Source: Eledone cirrhosa
Taxonomy: Eukaryota
Direction: 5' to 3'
NCBI GenBank assembly: GCA_964016885.1
Contig: OZ024752.1
Coordinates: 22,878,001 to 22,942,000, forward strand
DNA length: 64,000 nucleotides
Shown here one piece after another: positions 1 through 13,289 of the stretch (its first letter is position 1; every line of letters starts with the position of its first letter). The translations under genes and the position numbers were made by a program. The notes beneath the pieces were generated by a model that had not been told where the DNA came from, searched no databases, and worked only from the letters and a program-made list of their open reading frames with translations.

Positions 1-351
1 TCATTCCTTAACATATGTTTCTGTACAATATCCGTCTACATTCGCTGACTGCAAATTCCATGCTCAATCGCATGCATTACGCAATAAAATATTGCACTTT
101 ATCAGAAAGAGAAAAAATTGTTATAGTTTAAGGTGAATTCATTGCATTTTTGCAATAAGTATCACTTACTGATAACTGGTCCAAGGTATAATCCTCTGGT
201 ACACTAGAAAGTCAAAGTCGAAATGAAACAGAAGTGGTAGGTGGAAATATATATTGAAAATATAGATTTGACTTTTATTGATTTTTTTTTTTTTTATGAA
301 ATATCTTTCAATGAGAATATTTGTTCTGAGTGTGCTTTATTATATTTGCAG

Positions 352-1444
352 GTGTTACTATCTGAAGAGAAAGCAGTTATCCATTACAGCCCTACTGAAA
401 TCTCACCATTAGATGTTGTTGAACTGATCTGTCAACTTGGCTTCATGGCGCGAGTTAAACAAGTAAATCCAACTATAGCACTTGAAATAAAAGACTCAGA
501 ACAAACTTTACACTTCCTCACTCATAATCCATTAACTGTATCAGAAAAACAGAATGCTGAAAGTAAACTACAAAGTATTTATGGAGTAAACTCTGTCGAA
601 TTTTCAAAAGACAGAGACTTAATTATATATTATCAAAATTCAAAAATTAGTGGACTCCAAATTTCGGAGGCATTAGAAAGTGTTGGCATTGAAGTTAGCA
701 TTAAAAAAATGAATGAAACACAAAGTCTTATATCTGAAACTGTCATTCACATTGAAGGCATGACTTGTCAGTCATGTGTTAAAACAATCGAATCTGAACT
801 CTCCAAATTCCCAGGTGTGGATTTCATTTCAGTATCTTTAGAAGAAAAACATGCTATCATTCGGTATGACTGCAAAATTACTAATCCAGAAGCCCTTTGT
901 GATAAAATTGATGACATGGGCTTTAAAGCAGTTTTAACTAAAGCTGATTCTGATGTAGATTTTGATGAAATTGCTAAACGTAATGTCACAAGAGAAAACC
1001 AATGTATTATCAATATAAAAGGAATGACTTGTAATTCTTGTGTTACAATCATCGAAAACACAATATCAGAGAAGGCGGGCATTAATAAAATAACTGTATC
1101 ACTAGAGAATAATAATGCTTTAGTGAAATATGATCCGGAAAAATTCAATCCTGAATCAATCGCTGAAAGTATAGATGATATGGGATTTGAGGCTGCTGTT
1201 TCTAAGGGAGATAATCCTGCTGCTTTTAACTTGATTGCAACTGTTGTGATAAATATTACAGGAATGACATGTAAATCATGTCAGAGCACAATCGAAATGA
1301 AAATCTCAGAACACTCTTCAGTGAAAAGTATTGCTGTTTCTTTAAAAGATAACAATACTGTCATTGATTACTATCCAGATACAACATCTCCTTCTGAACT
1401 CTGTAATGCCATTGAGGATATGGGTTTTATAGCAAGCATAGCAG
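352..1444 (+). CDS. ATP7: ATP7 exon: end of one HMA domain, a degenerate HMA-like domain, and three HMA domains (GMTCQSC, GMTCNSC, GMTCKSC)
   Basis: Acceptor tatttgcag|GTG at 351/352 and donor GCAG|gtgagt at 1444/1445. Corresponds to ORF 241..1452. Confidence 0.93.
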
Positions 1445-1599
1445 GTGAGTGATTTATTTGGATAAATTCTATGAATTTGTCACTTATTTATTTTCATGTA
1501 TTTCCAAAAAGGAAAAAAAAAGAAGCATTTATCACCATCATTATTTTCATCATCATTGACATAAGCTAATGTTTTTCTAGTAATTTTACTATGATCAAT

Positions 1600-2880
1600 C
1601 GCATTCTTCCTGTTGAATGGTACATCTTCAACATTTAACACCCATATTTCACTACCATACAACATCACACTTCATATACAAGTATCATACAGTCTGTCCT
1701 TCTATCACAGTTGAGAATTCCTTTGTAGCCAGTTGACGTAATAGCTCCCTGAACTTTTTCTACCCTTTTCTTACTCCAGCTGCTCTGCTTTTGCACTTCT
1801 AATTAAGTTACTTAGATAACAGAAATTATCAACTACTTCTAAAAAGTTATCAAAACATTTGAAAGAAGGATTTTGTAGGTGTTCTTTCTGTTAACCACTC
1901 TTACAAATCTGATGTACAGAAAGCACTTCCAGTCTTTCTCAACCTTTTCTTCCTTGTAGCCTATTTTTGGTGTAAAAAAAATTCCAGGCCCACATAAGCA
2001 CAAATAGAAATTTCATGTAACAGGAAACACATTTTATTTACAAAAGTAAAATGTAGTAGAAAATATAAATCCTGCCTAATAGCTACACAGATGTTGGTGT
2101 CTGTCAGCTTGGCAAGTTAGACTTCCAAGCCTTGGTTCAGCTTCAGGCATAAGTCTCCTCTCTTTTCTTAGGCCAACTCCAGGCCCATTTAAAAACTTTC
2201 TCTGGCCCATGGCATCGAACTTCCAAGCCATGGTTCAGTTTCAAGTATAAGTCTCCTCTCTTTTCAATTTGCAATAAATTTTCCTTTGTCCAACTCCAGA
2301 CACATTTAAAAAAATCCTCAGGCCATGAAGCCAAGTTGACAGATCTGTTCAGCAACATCTAATGGCGAGATTTCAGTAGGGCTGTAATGGATAACTGCTT
2401 TCTCTTCAGCCAGTAACAATCACTGGTCCTTCTATGTCAGTCAGTTTGTGATCCCTCTGCATCTCTTGTACACTCAAAATTTACATTTGTTACACTGCAT
2501 GGAATTCCTACCAACTCCTTTTCTGCATATTCAGCATGGTCACTTCTCTGGAGAACTATAACAACCAATTCGAGGGAGCTGGGTACTGAGCCCTGGTGGG
2601 CACCTATTTGTATATTAACTTCCTTGCTAAATTCAATGATATCCAACACTTGCTGACAAAATTTCTACATGATTTGTGCTGTCTTTACAAGCCATTCATC
2701 TATTCCTGGTTTTCTTAGCCACCACCAAACTATAGTGTATGATATCCTATCAAAGAACTTCTGTAACTATCTGAAGGAGGAAGAGGACATCAGTTGTATT
2801 AAAACTTGGTACAAACTTATACTACATCTCATACAAGCTTATTTTCTTCCAAATTAGGAGTACTATATCTCTTTCAGTTA
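1600..2880 (-). mobile_element. Decayed, interrupted RTE-type LINE fragments
   Basis: MMLYGSEIW and QIGAHQGSV remnants match the RT regions of the better-preserved copies in this window. Confidence 0.6.
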
Positions 2881-3769
2881 CTTTCATAACTTGGTCTATC
2901 TGTTTGCTGTCTTTGTAGTTAATTTTTCTAAAGATTTCCTTTACCATTAGAAATGACTCCTTCCTGTACTTCCTCATTGATTTTGCAAGTAACTAATGTT
3001 GTGTGTTGTGTTCTTAAGCAAAGTACTTTATTTTACATTGCTACAGTACACTCAGCTGAGAATGAGTACCAGCAGTAGCTGGGGAGTTAATCGTACATTA
3101 GACTGGCATCCTATCCAGGGAGAGTCTTGTACTCTCAGTCAGTTAACACTAAAGAAACCAAGGATAATCACCAGCCTGATGATCCTTCTGCTTAGAACAG
3201 ACTTTATGTGTCCTACTATATTGGATATTTTACTCATCTCAGCAGTTGTGTTTGATGATTTGGACTGCTTTTCATATTCTTAATGGCTATTTTGATTGTA
3301 TCAATTTCAGTAGCTGGTCCCTCTGTTTACTTGGGGTAATCTCTCTCTTTCTTCTCAGCATTATATGTATACTTCTTGCTAATGACAGCCTGATTCATAT
3401 TGGCTCACTTTGGAATGCCTTATATTGTTGATTCTCATGTTTCAGAGCATAAGGTCTGTCTCATAGATTGATTTTATGGCTCTATCTACCATACCATTCC
3501 ATCAATATGTTGATTTCTATTTAACAGGAAGTTTGCTTCATCTATAGATCATCTCATCTGTTGCTTGCAGCATGTTGTCCTCTATGTTATAGGTCTCTAC
3601 TTACAACATCCCTGAGAGCACTATATCTCTTAGTTCAGACAAACACAGACACAAACATTCAAGCACTCTCCTCCTCTTCCTTTCATCACATTCACATACA
3701 TCTCTTTACTTTCTCAGTTCAAATCCTGCTCATGTCAACTTTGTCTTTCATTCTCAATAACATAAAGTA

Positions 3770-4070
3770 CCAGTTCAAATCCCGCCGAGGTTAACTTTGC
3801 CTTTCATCCTTACGGGGTCGATAAAATAAAGTACCATTAATGTACTGGGTAATTGCTGGCCTTGTGTCTAAAGTAGAAACAATTATTATTATTGTTAGGG
3901 TTGTGGATTGGCAGTATCGGTAGAGCATCTGACGACATGCTTTGTGGCATATAGTTACCTTCCTTTATGTTCTGAATTCAAATTCTGCCAAGGTTTCATC
4001 CTTATGGGGTCGATAAATAAAGTACCAATAATGCTCTGGGGTAATTGTGCCAAAATGTAGAAACAATTAT
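3770..4070 (+). mobile_element. tRNA-derived SINE, representative of an abundant family. Other copies near 4455-4640, 4740-5125, 5740-5930(-), 21690-21880, 27080-27270(-), 33780-33980, 35970-36160(-), 37180-37360(-), 38725-38915, 40300-40490(-)
   Basis: A-box-like tggcagtatcggtag, B-box gagttcaaatccc, and a conserved body gttaactttgcctttcatccttacggggtcgataaaataaagtacc recurring more than 10 times. Confidence 0.85.
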
Positions 4071-4115
4071 TATTATTGTTGTTGTTATTATTATATTATT
4101 TCTTTTTAATTTCAG

Positions 4116-4310
4116 ACGAGCAAAATAAAAATGAGATTAAAGACAGTGAGACAAATGTTGCTATTGATGTTGGCAGCTCGACAGTTCATTTTAGTAGCAA
4201 TGATGATGCACTTGAAAATATAGAATATGAGAAATGCTTTTTTGTTGTTACTGGGATGACATGTGCATCTTGTGTTGCTCTCATTGAAAACAATATTTCC
4301 AAAGTTGAGG
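4116..4310 (+). CDS. ATP7: ATP7 exon: linker and start of HMA domain (GMTCASC)
   Basis: tttcag|AC acceptor in phase 1 and GAGG|gtaagt donor. Confidence 0.93.
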
Positions 4311-4894
4311 GTAAGTATAACTATCATCAACCTTTTGTTGCCAACCTGGTCAAAACCGGATCTGATTCTATGAAATAAAATCACCTATTTTAAAAGTTTC
4401 CAATTTAAATTAACATCTTTGAACATAATTTCATGTAAAAACCTTACATTATGGCGGTAGATTGGCAGTATCGGTAGAGGGTCAGACGCCATGCTTTCCA
4501 GCATAGTTACATCCCTTTGCGGTCTGAGTTCAAATCCTGCCGAGGTTAACTTTGCCTTTCATCCTTACGGGGTCTATAAAATAAAGTACCAGTCATACAT
4601 TGGGTAATTGATGGCCTTGTGCCAAAAGTAAAAACAATTATGTTACTATCTTAAATTTTAATAATCACTCACCTGCTCATTCTTTGACTAAGCTATAAAA
4701 AGTGAGAAAAATTAAATTTCCATCTGATATGTGTAATAGGTGGATTGGCAGTATCAATAGAATGTCAGACACAATGCTTTGTAGAGTTATAGCCTTCAAC
4801 GTTGTGAGGTCAAATCCTGCTGAGGTTAGCTTTGCATTTCATCCTGACAGGGTCGATAAAATAAAGCACCAGTAATGGACTGGGGTTGATTTAA

Positions 4895-5106
4895 CTCTTT
4901 AGCATTTAAACCAGCCATAATTCTCTCACCTCTTTCTGTTTAAACTGGCTGTAACTGGCTGCTCATACTTATGTTAACGTATTGTTCTCAAAATGAAAAA
5001 ATATCAAAATTTCATAGATTTGATATTATGTGAGATAATTATGGGAGGAAAAGGCTTTACCGTGAAAATACAATAGTAAATATAGAGTAATGTAATTGCT
5101 AAAGGG
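4895..5106. mobile_element. piggyBac-type MITE inserted into a SINE. Further copies near 28824-29084, 34107-34578, 40661-40965, 61788-61930
   Basis: TTAA|ctctttagcatt...ttgctaaaggg|TTAA. The empty site ggggttgatttaatcaactttcccc is visible in the SINE near 59715. Confidence 0.8.
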
Positions 5107-5236
5107 TTAATCGACTTTCCCCACTCCCAAAATTGTTGGCCTTGTGCCTAAATCAGAAGCCATTATATGTGTGTAAAATAAAAACGAAATGTGAATTGGT
5201 TGACTTAATTGGAATATATTTTTCCTTGATTTGCAG

Positions 5237-5400
5237 GTATAAAAAATGTCCTCGTAGCATTGATGTCCCAAAAAGCTGAAGTGAAATATGATCCAGCTTA
5301 CATTCTACCATCACAAATTGGAAACAAGATTTGTAACCTAGGATTTGGAGCTACCCTTCTTGACTCAGAGTCTCTTGGTCAGTCTGCAGTGGAAATAATT
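5237..5400 (+). CDS. ATP7: ATP7 exon: IKNVLVALMSQKAEVKYDPAYILPSQIGNKICNLGFGA...VEII (rest of HMA domain)
   Basis: ttgcag|GT acceptor and ATT|gtaagt donor, 164 nt. Not in the ORF track; translated by hand. Confidence 0.93.
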
Positions 5401-6836
5401 GTAAGTATTTGAAACTATTTTCTTGGGTGATTGGTTATTTCCTTTGATGCATCTCACTTGCAATATCTTTCTTGTAGAAGGAAGAAAAAATTGCTTTTAC
5501 TTTACAAAGGTTTTCAGGGAATTAATTTACTATTGTCATGAAATACACCAAATCCTGAATGATTTAACAATCCTAATCATAGTAACACCATCATGAGTTA
5601 TGATGAGCCAACAAGTCTTTTTTAATTCTATTATTCTTTATTTCTTAGGCAGATGTATGCTTCTATCACGCTGTTCCCTTACAAATTGACTTTGAAACAC
5701 TTGATAAATTTGGACCCTTTATAAATAAATAAATAATAATTGTTTCTTCTTTTTGGCACAAGGCCAGCAATTATCCCAGTTCATTACTGGTGCTTTATTT
5801 TATCGACTCCGTAATGATAAAAGGCAAAGTTAACCTTGGTGGGATTTGAACTCAGATTATAAAGGAGCGCAACTTTATGCTGCAAAGCATGGCGTCCAAC
5901 CCTCTACCGATACTGCCAATCCACCGTCCTGATTTCTAACCAGGCACAAAGCCACAAATTTTAGTTTATAGAACAATTGATTAAATGAAACTCAGTTTTA
6001 GTTAGTTCTTATTTTATTGGTTTCTAAAAAGCAGAGTCCACCTCGGTGCAATTTGAATACAGAATCAAATAATAATCATCATCATCATCGTTTTTATGCC
6101 CGTTTTCCACACTTGCATGGGTTGGACAAGTATTTTCAGCATCTCTCCACTTGCTGTGTTTCTTTGTCATCTCCTCAGTGATTTGATGTAACAAAATACC
6201 ACAGACGACCCATCTGATCCTTGCAAACATGGAAAAATGGACGTTAAACGGTGATGATGATGATGATGATGATGATGATTAAAATTTTTGAACAATAATG
6301 CAGTTGATTGCAGGTTTCTAAGAGGTGCACCACTGCTTTGCTATATTTCCAAAGATAGGTGTCCCAAGAGAGAATCTGTAAATCAGTTATAGTAAATATT
6401 GTGGAGTGGGTGTTTGGTGAGGTGTGGGAAGGAGGTGGGTGAGGCCTTGCTTGAGAGACACATTTATTTGTTTCCAGTTTTCTCAATGTTTTTTTTTGTT
6501 TTAGACCTGTAACTCATGAGAGAGTCGTATGGGTGCCATATTGATATATGGCATTTTTAGGGGCTTTTTTTTTCTAAACCTGGCAGAGCCCATCTCCTCT
6601 CCAAGTCTGAATATAGCAGAGAAGGGTTGAGAGTGAGAGAAAGAGATATAGAGGAAGAATCGACGCCAGTACTAGACTGGTACTTTTTTATTGACCTTAA
6701 ATGGGTGAAAGGCAAAGTTGACCCAGATTTGAACTCAGACAGCAGAGGGCTGGAACAAATACTGTAAAACATTCCATCTGATGTTCCAACGTCTCTGCCA
6801 ATTCATTGCTTCAATAATGATTACATTATTGTAATA

Positions 6837-7517
6837 CTAGCTGGCCCTGTGCTGTCAAAAATGACGGCTAATTGTAATATCTATACATAATATAAAACAG
6901 AGATGTTTGTTTGTTGGTTGGTTCTTTCACGCTCACTCACACAAGTGATACAAGCATACAAACACACAGCTGTGACAAATCTTTGAACACTGGACTTCTA
7001 TAGTTTCTCACTCCTTCTCCTTCCTCAGTTGACATAATCACCCTCTTCCTTCCTCAATTGACGTAATCACCTCTTCCTTCCTCAGTCATCTCTATTGCAT
7101 TACATACAAATACACAAGGCTGTTATATAAATAGACTAGCAGATGTACCCGGCGTTGCTTGGGAAATAAATGACAGCCTGAATTGTTCAAGGTCGTTTAT
7201 GGCTTAGCTAGCAATTTCTGAGTGCATGTCAGCTTATGTCAGCTAATTGGCTAGCCAAGGAAAGGTCACCTCAATAGCACATGCCAATCGGCCTAGTACT
7301 TCAAAAGTTAAAAGGAGCCTAGTATTTGTACACAGACAGATACACACACAAAATCGATTTTTCGGCCCCAATATTGTCCAAAACCTGCTCTGGCATATAA
7401 GCAACATGTGTGCCAAATTTGGTTGAAATCGGCCTAGTACTTCAGAAGTTAAAAGGACCCTAGTATTTGTACACAGACAGACACACACACAGACCAACTT
7501 GCTTTTATATATATAGA
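6837..7517 (-). mobile_element. Two head-to-tail non-autonomous Helitrons (6837-7135 and 7136-7517)
   Basis: Each has a 5' TCTAT(A/T)TATA and a 3' CTAG with a subterminal hairpin on the - strand; inserted at an A|T site. Confidence 0.7.
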
Positions 7518-7586
7518 TGTATTGTCTTCATTCCTTTTCTTTCATTATGTTATTGTCTTTATTTTTTGTTGTCTTTTCTTCTTTAG

Positions 7587-7748
7587 ATTACAGGTATGAT
7601 CTGTTCTTCCTGTGTTCATCTTATAGAGTCATCGTTGCTGAAGAGAAAAGGAATAATCTCAGCTAATGTAGCCTTGTCTACATCAAAAGGTGTATTTGAG
7701 TTCAACAATGAAACGACAGGAGCTAGAGATATTATACAAGCAATCCAG
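7587..7748 (+). CDS. ATP7: ATP7 exon: last HMA domain (ITGMICSSCVHLIESSL...DIIQAIQ)
   Basis: ctttag|ATT acceptor and CAG|gtaagg donor, 162 nt. Confidence 0.93.
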
Positions 7749-8149
7749 GTAAGGGTACTTTTCATTATGATGTTGTAGTTATTGGTGAATGTTAGAAATC
7801 TTAAGATCTATTATCCATGCAACACATTACTAACTTTAAATGGTACATACCATCTGTATTAACTCTTAACATCCTGCACCACATGAAACCACATTAGCAA
7901 GATATTCTTTAAAAGTACAAAACAGCACAATGGCTGTATCACCAGTGCTGGACTTACCTATCAGCTAAATAAACTATAGGTTAGAGGCACACACCCTCAC
8001 AGACTTTATTTTAAAAAAATATATTTATTTTATCATTAATTTTTATTCTTTAACACTAAATCATAAAAAGTCATATATATATATATATATAATTATTATT
8101 ATTATTATTATATTTGGGGAAGGTCATGTTGTTATAATATTGCCAGAAA

Positions 8150-9255
8150 TCTCTATATATAAAACTGAGGATGTCTGCCTGTGTGTGTGTGTGAGTTTGA
8201 ATCCCTAAAACTCAAGAAGCACCCAACCGACTGTTTTCAAACTTTACACATGTAATACTTATGTTTCAGGGAGTGTTCTGAGCAAAAGAAAATTTCAAAT
8301 TTTCAATGCCTTAGGGACCGCATTAGGTGATTTAGTGATCTCTCTCTATAATTCTTAGTCTTTCTCTTTTTAGATAGATACATACATATAACGTCGCGCC
8401 CTTATAATATCTGTCTGTATGTCTGGCTGTCTGCTGCCTCCGGTTATTCTGTCACCCTTGCTCAAGACAAATCTCACACTCATTCCCCAAACAGTTGGTA
8501 AGTGCACACAACTTCCTCACGTTTTAAGCAACAGTGTTGCTTACTTACGTACCACCAGACACTTACTTCTTTGCCAGCCGTGGTTGTGGCAATACTAAGC
8601 TTAGCTAAGGCGGTTATATATTTCACACAACACTAAAAATTAAAGCCGGTAAAGAAAAACATTGCTATAATAGCTTCAGTTTTCACAGTGTTGCTTACTT
8701 ACATGCCTTTACAAGAACAAAAGTTACCCAGGGAGTGTTATGCACATAAAAGATTCAGCTTTTTGATCTCCTAGAGCCCGCATTAGGTGAAAAACTGCGT
8801 TTTTTCAGCTTTTAAGGGGTATTTTGAGGCGTTACATCTGACTGATTTCCTTGAAATTGTAACTATGTATTAGTCAGTCTCTTCTTCATACAGTGAGCAA
8901 AGAAAATCCAACCTTTTTATGCCCTAGGGCCAGCATTAGGTGAAAAACTTCATTTTTACAGGTTTTTAGGGTTCTTTTTAGGCTCTTTTTAGTCTAGCCG
9001 ATTTTCTCGAAATTTCAAGGCATATTATGCACATAAAAAAAATTCATTTTCTTGATGCCCTAGGGCTCGCATTAGGTGAAAACCTGCATTTTTCCTGCTT
9101 CATCGAGGAAAATCTTAAAGATTATCCGGCCATCAGAGTATTCGGTTTATTTTCTTTACATATTGTTGAGGCATGCAGTTTTTTCACGATTAGGTCTGTT
9201 GGTGGCCTGCATTCAAAAATACCTTATCCCGTGCAACGCCAGGTACCACTGCTAG
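8150..9255 (+). mobile_element. Non-autonomous Helitron
   Basis: A|TCTCTATATATAAAACTGAG ... CCCGTGCAACGCCAGGTACCACTGCTAG|T, with internal gcattaggtgaaaa repeats. Confidence 0.8.
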
Positions 9256-9626
9256 TAAAACACACTCAGTTTGGTTTGGGTTTGGCAATCAATGTTTATC
9301 ATTGACTGACCAACAGTTAAAAATATAGATACAAAATATAGTCCCTCAGAGTTCTTTCATCACACACCTGTGACGTCATAAGTGATACTATTATCTTTCC
9401 TCCTATTGTATTGCTGTAATGTTTTCTTATTCTATTTTATTTATTTATTTATTGTTGTCTCTGTTTGTGCATGCATTTGTGTGTGTGTTTTCTGTTTGGT
9501 GTGTGTTTGGTCTGAGTCTGTATGTGTTTGTATTCTAACTTTGGTTACTAGTGAGTGTTTATGTGTGGTTGTTTTTATTGTATCTGTGTATATTTATTTA
9601 TATTTATCTTAGATCATTAATAGATA

Positions 9627-12600
9627 CTAGCAGAAGAACCGCCTTCGGGCGGTTTTCTGTTTAGCATGTATATTGTGCATATTGATATATGCAAATATAT
9701 ATGCATATAGATATGATATGTAAATTGAAAAGTAAATTGACAATATGCACATAAACTGAACAAAGACTGTGTTACACTTACTTCTGTAATCAGTAAAGTA
9801 ATCCATGATACATTTAAAAAAAGGGCGATAATGAAGATGGAAAAGCAATGAAACTGTTGACGGAAAATGTTCATGAATCTTCACTTGAGAATGTCGATGG
9901 GAAGTTTCAAGCAGTGAATTTGATATTAGATGCTGCTGGTATGAATGAATGAATGAACTACATTTACCAATATGAAGAGTTGACCTTCGCTATATTGTTG
10001 TTTTACTGTATTCACATATAGACTTCTTAAGTTTTTGTAGTGTCCCTTTTCTAGCAATTAAAAAGAAACTGAAATGCATTTCAACTAAAAGAGAGTGATA
10101 GCTGTTTCACATCACTGTAGAATTTCTTTGTAGACATAGTTGTTAGCAAACAGACCCATTTCATTTAATATTTTTGTATTTTCTTTTTTTGTAACTCATG
10201 ATAATGCAACATACATCTGACCATGTGAGAAGAGTTGTGTTGGTAGATATACACCTATCTTTTCAAATGCCTGCTCTTGTGCCTTGTTGCATGTAAGGGC
10301 AAAGGCTGGTTTGTTAGGAAATTGCTTGCAAATAAAGGTGAAAGGGAACTCAGGCTCTTGAGATACATGTGGTATCCTTGGGATTAGCAACCTCGTTCCA
10401 GCATTGGAACCCAATGCCACTTCAGCTTCAATAACTGATGATGATGTAGTGTGTACCATTGCAATGCCCGTTTAGAGGATGCAGATTTCTCAGAAGCATG
10501 ATGCAACTGCCTTTCTTCAGTTTAACAGTTTAAGTATGTGTGTTGGGAAGCCTGATGGAATAAGTTTGTTGATGAACTCAATTGGATATTGCAGTTCATT
10601 ATCTACTGTATCAGAGCTTCTGTAGATTATTTCATGACCAGGGAACTTGTTGACCATGAACTCATTCACCAATCTTGCTGCATCATTTGTTGGAGTGATA
10701 ATGGCTCTATTTGCAAGCCATAGTGGGTTTGTGTAGTTTCCTGGAAGAATTGTATACACAAAATCACACAGTCCAGACACATTACCATATTCCAGACAAG
10801 TTCATTTGGCAGAGGAATTGTGAATACACCTACAGTTGGTACAGTTAGAATGTTACCATTTCTCACATCAAGAAAGTAGTTTGCAAACTGTCTTTCATCA
10901 GAATGCTCTGCATTAAGTAACCGTTGATTGGTTGTCATCTCCATGGTTTCCACATAGTCCCAGAGATAGGATCTCTTGATGGTTGCTTCAACTATTTGTA
11001 GTCTAGCACCATGAAGTACAACTGGAAGAATTTGCTCACTAGATAGTAATACTGTTAGACCACCAAATGGCTTTTTGCAATCTCGAATATCTTTGCAGCT
11101 CCTGTCAAGGCATTCAAAGATATGCTTATGTCCCATACCTATCTCATCAATGATTAGCAGGTCAGCTTGCTGCATAAGTTTACCTGTGGCATCCCTCTGT
11201 GTGAAGAAGCAAGTTGATTCAGCGGTCACAATGAGAGGAATCTTACACTTGGAATGAAGAGTTCTACCTTTGTGAAGCAAAGTGGTTGCTATTCCAGATA
11301 TGGCAATGGCAAGAGCAATTTTTTTTTAGATTGGAGGTAATCCAATAGGATGTTTATGACATAGGACTTTCCTGTGCCTGCACTCGCATTCAAGCAGAAA
11401 ATTCTACCTTCATTTTCATTTACAGAGGTGATTACTTTGTGAAATATAATCAGTTGCTCAGGATTCAATGTTGGCAGAAGTTTATGTTTGCTTGCAGTTG
11501 GTGTGTATTGAAATCAGTTTCTGCCATAAGAACGCTGTTGATTTCTGGTATGGCAACAATAGTTGGGTCTGGTCGAGGAAGTCCATAGTTGGCATGAATG
11601 TCTAAGCCATCATGTTGAAGTCTTTGTTGGATCTTCTGTAGAACAATCTGCACGGTTTGCATGGACATGACTTGCTCATGACGTTCATGCATGATATCCT
11701 CTGCAGGAAAATCCTTCCATTTCTCCCAGAACTGCAGAGGGTCATTTGGCATGCAGTACAATAAAATGGTGCAGAAGATCTCTCGCAGCTAAGGACCAAA
11801 CGTAATGGATGAGGCCTCTTCCATAGCTTTGTCTTTTTCTCCATCTTCATCCATCAGACCGAGTTTCCTGCATGCTTCTTGGAATGTTGGAAATTCAACT
11901 CCTTCAATTGTCCTCAAATCTTTGTATGAAGTTGACCCAGCCTTGTGATGTAGGATCATCCTGAGATAATATAATTCAGATTGATGTCTACTGAGAGATA
12001 CTGTTGGAATGCGTCCAAGAGATTCACTCATAAATTGTTGATCATCAACCAGATGTCTCTTTTTTTCTTCTTTGCCACTTTTTGTTTCTCCAAGTGAAAT
12101 ATTTAGGAATGTCAATATACAATACGTTTTGTGCCAGTGGGTCTCTAATATTCAGTTGAAAATATTCCGTCAACTTAGTCATTGGCTGTCCCCTAGAAAC
12201 AATACTTTTTTCCTGCCCTCGCTCATACACGACCATTTGTTCCCCAGGTAAATGGCAAGGCAATGTTTCTGATGATGTAATGCTTCACTGGTTGAGGTGC
12301 ATTGATATAGGTCTCAATCTCATTTTGGACATGGACACAATTTCCTTGATCATCCTTAATAGTGAAAGTGATAAGTACTTAACAGCCTTGACACTGGACA
12401 ACCTCACAATTGATGTGGCACTGATATCTCAATGAGAGGAAAGGGTTGAATGGAACAATCCAACAATTATCAACTGTAAATTCTTGACCTTTAAGTTGGA
12501 TTGTATGGGTGTGACCACCATGCTGTCTATCCCTTCTTTTATACTCCGGAAAGAAATTTGCGGCAACAAATGTGGTTTGTCTGAATGCCTTAGCATAACT

Positions 12601-12850
12601 TTTTGAGCAATGGCCTTGTTGTCCTAGTCCTTCCATACATGGGCACATCATATTAGCTTGTCCACATGAGCCATGAATGTTGCAGTATGTGATGATCTTA
12701 TGCAGAATTGGTCTCTTTATCAGAAATCTCACAGTACATACCTGATCAATGGCATCTGAAATTTGGAGCTTTCTATCTTCAGCCATTAGCAGCTGAATAT
12801 GAGCATGAGTGAGGCCTTGTTTCTGCCACTCTATTGTAGCAGAATGAGCC
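9627..12850 (-). mobile_element. Decayed, 5'-truncated autonomous Helitron (Rep + PIF1 helicase pseudogene)
   Basis: Rep motif IEWQKQGLTHAH, Walker A ASAGTGKS, LIIDE, and FSHGQMYVALS across frameshifted ORFs. 3' hairpin aaccgcc-N4-ggcggtt (9637-9654) and terminal CTAG (9627-9630). Confidence 0.92.
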
Positions 12851-13289
12851 ATACACGTGCATACACGGAAACACCCGCCATGCATATACATACATGTATA
12901 GATAAACACGCGCACACATACATAAACCCATGCAACAGATGTACCCACACACATAAAAAAAGATATATATGTGTGTGTGTATACATATAATTATATAAAT
13001 GTATATAAATATACACACACAAATACGTATATAGCGCACGCACACACATACCTACAGGTAAATACACATATGTTCACCAAACGTACGTCAACCAAAACAC
13101 AATGTACACATATACACACCTTACATACGTGCAAACACGCATACACGTACAAACACAAAATACACATATACACATAACCATATACACATATATCAGTATA
13201 TATAATATAATATATACACCTATAACAAATAAAAGCATATATACGAACAAGAAAGTATACGTACCTTCACAAAACATACGGGTAAGGTA

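Noticed and set aside
241-351. N-terminal 37 aa of ORF 241..1452 as protein start
   Set aside because: It is T-rich intron read-through upstream of the ttgcag acceptor; the true start lies upstream of the window.
9637-9660. GC hairpin followed by T-run resembling a rho-independent terminator
   Set aside because: It is the subterminal hairpin of the Helitron 3' end next to CTAG, in a eukaryotic context.
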